From Candidatus Bathyarchaeia archaeon (GTDB taxonomy: Archaea; Thermoproteota; Bathyarchaeia; Bathyarchaeales; Bathycorpusculaceae), in NCBI GenBank assembly GCA_038882975.1, contig JAVZNE010000001.1, positions 192,001 to 256,000 on the forward strand: a DNA stretch of 64,000 bases. The letters are read 5' to 3'. The notes beneath the pieces were generated by a model, which was given only the letters and a program-made list of their open reading frames with translations, was not told where the DNA came from and did not search any database. The translations under genes and the position numbers were made by a program. This document shows, piece after piece, positions 60,366 to 64,000 of the stretch (within the stretch, counting starts at the first letter, position 1; every line of letters begins with the position of its first letter).

Positions 60366-63300
60366 TCAGCCTGTCACCTCTAGGAACCTGGCTGAAACAA
60401 CATATGAGACGCCGTTGCGCCCGTAAACCCCATAGACTTTCTGGGCCTTGTTAACCATTTCAGGCTTTAACGTGATGACGATAAATTGGGCTTTTTCGGA
60501 TTCTTCTAATAAGACGTCGGCAAGTCTTGACACGTGGAAGGCGTCCAAATGCGCATCAATTTCGTCTAGTATGTAGAAGGAGGCTGGTGTGAAGTCTTTT
60601 ATGGCAAAGAGGAAGGCTACGGCTGCCACTGAACGTTCGCCACCGCTGGCGCCGCTAACCACAATTGATGGCTTGTTTGGGAGCTGGACAATCATGTCTA
60701 TGCCGCCAGAGAAGGGCTCTTCTGGATTCTCCAAAATTAGGTTAGCTGCCCCACCGCCAGTGAGTTTTGAAAAGTATTTTTGCAGGTTTTGGTTTATCTT
60801 TCCAAAGGCTTCCATGAACACCTTATGTTTTTTGCTTTCAATTTCCTCCATGAACTTTAGAATGGCTTGCTTTTCCCTTTCAAGCTCATTCATCCTTAGG
60901 GAAAGCTCTTTGTAGCGAGATATTTGCTCAGCGTAATGAGAAAGGGCAAGCTGGTTAACACCGCTTATCCTTTCAAGCTCGAATTGGAGCATCCTTAAAG
61001 AGGCTTCTGCCTCTTCAACCTCTTTGACTGTAACTTCTAAGGGCTTTTCGTAGCCAAACTGTTTAAGCTGGTTTTGCCACTGTTCCAGCTGTATCATGGA
61101 CGTCTGTATATTCAGCTGGTACTGGTTCAGGAGTCGGTCGGTTTCCTCATATTCGGCTTCGATTTTGCGGAGTTCCTTGTCTATCTCGTCTATTTGGTTT
61201 GAGAATTTTTGGGCTTCTTCTTTTGCTGATAAAACGGTTTTTGAGAGTTCGATGCGGCTCTTCTCCAGCTCTGCCAGCTCTTGCTTTAGTTTCTCCCTTT
61301 CTTGGAGCGCTTCCTCCACCTCGCTTTCAACTTTGCGCAGTTGCTGTTCAATCTTTGCCAGCTGGATTTTAGCGTTCTTGTAGCCCACCCTCAAAACATT
61401 GTCAAACTGCGATTGAAGTGTTGAAATCTCTGTTTGCACAGCCCCAAGCTTCTGCCTTAAAGTGTTTATCTCTTCTGCCAGCTTTTCACGTTTAACTTCC
61501 ATCTCTTGAATGTTTGCTGGGTCAACCTTCCGCCTTAAGCCGGCTAACTCGCTTTGAAGCTTGCGTATCTCCTTTTGCAGTGTGCTTCTTTCAGCCCTAT
61601 AAGTCCATATTTTCGCCTTCTCAGCCTCGATTTCGCCTTCAATACGTTTTATGTTAGACTCTATTCTTCTAACGTTCGATTTTGTTCTTTTTATGCTTCT
61701 TTTTACGCGGGCAATTTCCCTATCAAGTGTTGTTATGGCTTCTGATAAGCGTGCAATTTCAACGCGTGTTCTGTCTATTTCCTCTTCAAGGGTTGCTATG
61801 TCGCTTCCCCGTCTGGAAAGGTGCTGTTGCAAAGCTCTAACAGCTTCGTCTAGGCTTTTTATCGCCGCCTCGCTTGGTATTATGGCTGAAAAATCTATGG
61901 GTGCACGGTAATAGCCGCTTTCCAGGGCGCCGCCGGGCTCGTATAAGTCGCCGTTTACAGTGACTACGCGGTAGCCTCTGCTAGAAAGCTCGAAGGCTGT
62001 TTTGTCTTCTGGAACAACAAGGGTGTCGCCAAAAACAAAGTAAACAGCCGGCTCATACTGTTTGGCGCATTTTACAAAGGAGAAGGCTGCGCCATTAACG
62101 TTTATGTCCTCTGGAACTTTTATCGGCTTCGTGGCTGAAACTGCTTCCAGCGGGATTATCTTTATCCTTCCAAGCTTCATTCTGCGCAGAGTTTCCGTGC
62201 ATGTAAAAGCCGCGTCGAAGTTCTTCACAACTAGGGCGTCCAGCCATCCTCCAGCTGCAACTTCAATTGCTTGTTGATAGGCTTTGTCTATTTTGATTAG
62301 GTTGCGTAAACGCCCATAAACGCCTTGAATTACTCCTAACTCGCCGAGTTCTTCGATGCTTTTTAGGGCTTTTTCTTCTGCAGCAACCGTTTCTGCGAGT
62401 TCCCTCTGCGTTGCAAACTCCACAACAGCTTCGCGGGCTGATTCAGCTATTTTTCCAGCTTCTGCTATTTCCCTTTCTATGGCTTCTTTTTGGGCTATGC
62501 GGTGCTCGAGCATGCGCTCCAAATTTTTAAGCTGTGTTTTCTGCTCCTTCTGAACTTTTATAAGCTCTGCCATAGATTTCCCAAGTTCGCCAAGGGTGGA
62601 GGCGAACCTTTCTTTCCGCTCGTTTAAGTCCCTAAGTCTTCTTTCTCGGATTTTTATGGCTGTTTGGCTTTTTGCATGTTCAGACCTTAAAAACGCTAGT
62701 CGCTTATAGTCTCTGTCGAGTTGAAGTTCTATTTCGCGTATTCTCTTGCTGTTTTCGCCTATGCTCTCCCAGAGTTGGGCGGTTTCCTCCGCGAGTGCAT
62801 CATGTTCTGCTTGTTTGGAATTGATTTGGCTCATTATACGTTCGTATTCGCTTCTCAGCCGCCTAATTTTCAGTCTGTTCTCATGAATTTCGCTTCTTAT
62901 GGAGTGGTATTGTTGGAGGCTGTTCTCCCTAACTTTTTTCAGTCCTTCTAGACTTGTTTTTCCAGAGCTTATTTTTGTGGCTAGCTCTGTAAGTTTTGAT
63001 TTCAGCTCGCCTATCTTCATTTGAACCCTAAAAACCTGTGAACCTCCCTCCTCGACGATTTCTGAGCTTAGTTTTCGCCATTCGCCCTCGATTTCCCTTC
63101 GCCTTTGCCTATACTGGTCGCGAAGTGCCCTAATCTTTTCCAGTCTGCTTTTGATTTTCTCCGCTTGAATTGAGTCCCGCTTAATTTTTTCTTGTATTTG
63201 TGCAATGTCGTGAGAGAGCTTGACAGCCTCAAACTTTTTAATCTCATTTTTTAGAAAGTTATACCGCAATAGTTCGTTGCGTTCCCTCTCCAAGTCTTCA

Positions 63301-63914
63301 ACTCTTCTTTGCACCTCTTCTATTCTCCCCATAGCAGTGCGGATGGAAATGTCTGCTGCCCTAAGCTTCTCTTCAGCTTCGGCTTTTTCCGCGTCGTATT
63401 GGGCTATCCCAACAAGGTCTTCGATTATTTTCCGCCTTTCCATTGGGGAGATGTCCGTCAGTCGGGTTATGGTGCCCTGCAACACAATGTTTTGGCTGGT
63501 TGAGCTTATGCCAGCCATTGAGAGAATTTCCATTATGTGGACTCTTGAGATCCGCCTTCCATTAAGCCTATAAACAGACTGTCCGTTCCGGTAGACTTCA
63601 CGGGATATTGTGACCGTCGCCGTGTCAACGGGTATACGTCCATCAGAATTGTCAAATTGTATAACCACTTTAGCCATTCTAGCCCTTTCCAGCCCAGCTT
63701 TTTCCGAGCCGTGGAAAATTAGTTTGGCAGCACTTTCAGCCCGGAGTCGCTTAGTGCTTAATTCTCCCAGGGCGAACAAAACAGCATCAACAACATTTGT
63801 TTTCCCGCTTCCATTCGGGCCGGTTATGGCTGTAAAACCCTTATCTAGGACTATTTTTGCCGTCTCTCCGAAGGATTTGAAGCCTTTAATTTCTATTTTT
63901 TTGATATAGGGCAT
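60366..63914 (-). CDS. smc: chromosome segregation ATPase Smc
   Basis: GFKSF, GPNGSGKTN, coiled coils, hinge (GVYG..VTVNGD..GG), SGGE, LDEIDAHLD. Confidence 0.96.
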   Translation of the reverse strand: MPYIKKIEIKGFKSFGETAKIVLDKGFTAITGPNGSGKTNVVDAVLFALGELSTKRLRAESAAKLIFHGSEKAGLERARMAKVVIQFDNSDGRIPVDTATVTISREVYRNGQSVYRLNGRRISRVHIMEILSMAGISSTSQNIVLQGTITRLTDISPMERRKIIEDLVGIAQYDAEKAEAEEKLRAADISIRTAMGRIEEVQRRVEDLERERNELLRYNFLKNEIKKFEAVKLSHDIAQIQEKIKRDSIQAEKIKSRLEKIRALRDQYRQRRREIEGEWRKLSSEIVEEGGSQVFRVQMKIGELKSKLTELATKISSGKTSLEGLKKVRENSLQQYHSIRSEIHENRLKIRRLRSEYERIMSQINSKQAEHDALAEETAQLWESIGENSKRIREIELQLDRDYKRLAFLRSEHAKSQTAIKIRERRLRDLNERKERFASTLGELGKSMAELIKVQKEQKTQLKNLERMLEHRIAQKEAIEREIAEAGKIAESAREAVVEFATQRELAETVAAEEKALKSIEELGELGVIQGVYGRLRNLIKIDKAYQQAIEVAAGGWLDALVVKNFDAAFTCTETLRRMKLGRIKIIPLEAVSATKPIKVPEDINVNGAAFSFVKCAKQYEPAVYFVFGDTLVVPEDKTAFELSSRGYRVVTVNGDLYEPGGALESGYYRAPIDFSAIIPSEAAIKSLDEAVRALQQHLSRRGSDIATLEEEIDRTRVEIARLSEAITTLDREIARVKRSIKRTKSNVRRIESNIKRIEGEIEAEKAKIWTYRAERSTLQKEIRKLQSELAGLRRKVDPANIQEMEVKREKLAEEINTLRQKLGAVQTEISTLQSQFDNVLRVGYKNAKIQLAKIEQQLRKVESEVEEALQEREKLKQELAELEKSRIELSKTVLSAKEEAQKFSNQIDEIDKELRKIEAEYEETDRLLNQYQLNIQTSMIQLEQWQNQLKQFGYEKPLEVTVKEVEEAEASLRMLQFELERISGVNQLALSHYAEQISRYKELSLRMNELEREKQAILKFMEEIESKKHKVFMEAFGKINQNLQKYFSKLTGGGAANLILENPEEPFSGGIDMIVQLPNKPSIVVSGASGGERSVAAVAFLFAIKDFTPASFYILDEIDAHLDAFHVSRLADVLLEESEKAQFIVITLKPEMVNKAQKVYGVYGRNGVSYVVSARFLEVTG

Positions 63915-64000
63915 TAAGCTTGGCCCTCACCTCTAGATGAAACCGTGAGCATCCCGTTTTAGTGTGATTTTGTACCGTTTCGCTATAAAAGTGTTGCATT

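Overview
Archaeal chromosomal segment. The gene repertoire (TFB, Rpo3/Rpo10, exosome/proteasome superoperon, mvk-ipk-fni-GGPPS, smc-scpA-scpB) and frequent TTG/GTG starts suggest a TACK lineage, probably Bathyarchaeia (inference, no search run). Most of the window is housekeeping: sugar-nucleotide genes, guaA, glnA, tfb, aIF1, nrdJ, pncB, thyX, acdA, the exosome operon, the rpoD-L18e-L13-S9-rpoN-eno-S2 and lipid operon, gltX and condensin. The accessory part is an AT-rich island (about 9950-13080) between convergent tRNA-Leu(GAG, intron) and tRNA-Gln(TTG). An 11-bp copy of the tRNA-Leu 3' end occurs three times and splits the island into two integrase-less modules with subterminal inverted motifs. 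The second module encodes RHH + DUF5678-like protein + retropepsin-like protease. Other notable items: a CopB-type ATPase with an internal SD/ATG that could release its C-terminal YHS domain, an apparently dead nucleotide-sugar dehydrogenase, an oxidative-stress/iron cluster containing a rubredoxin missed by the ORF track, and a frameshifted surface protein. All product calls come from motif recognition by eye.
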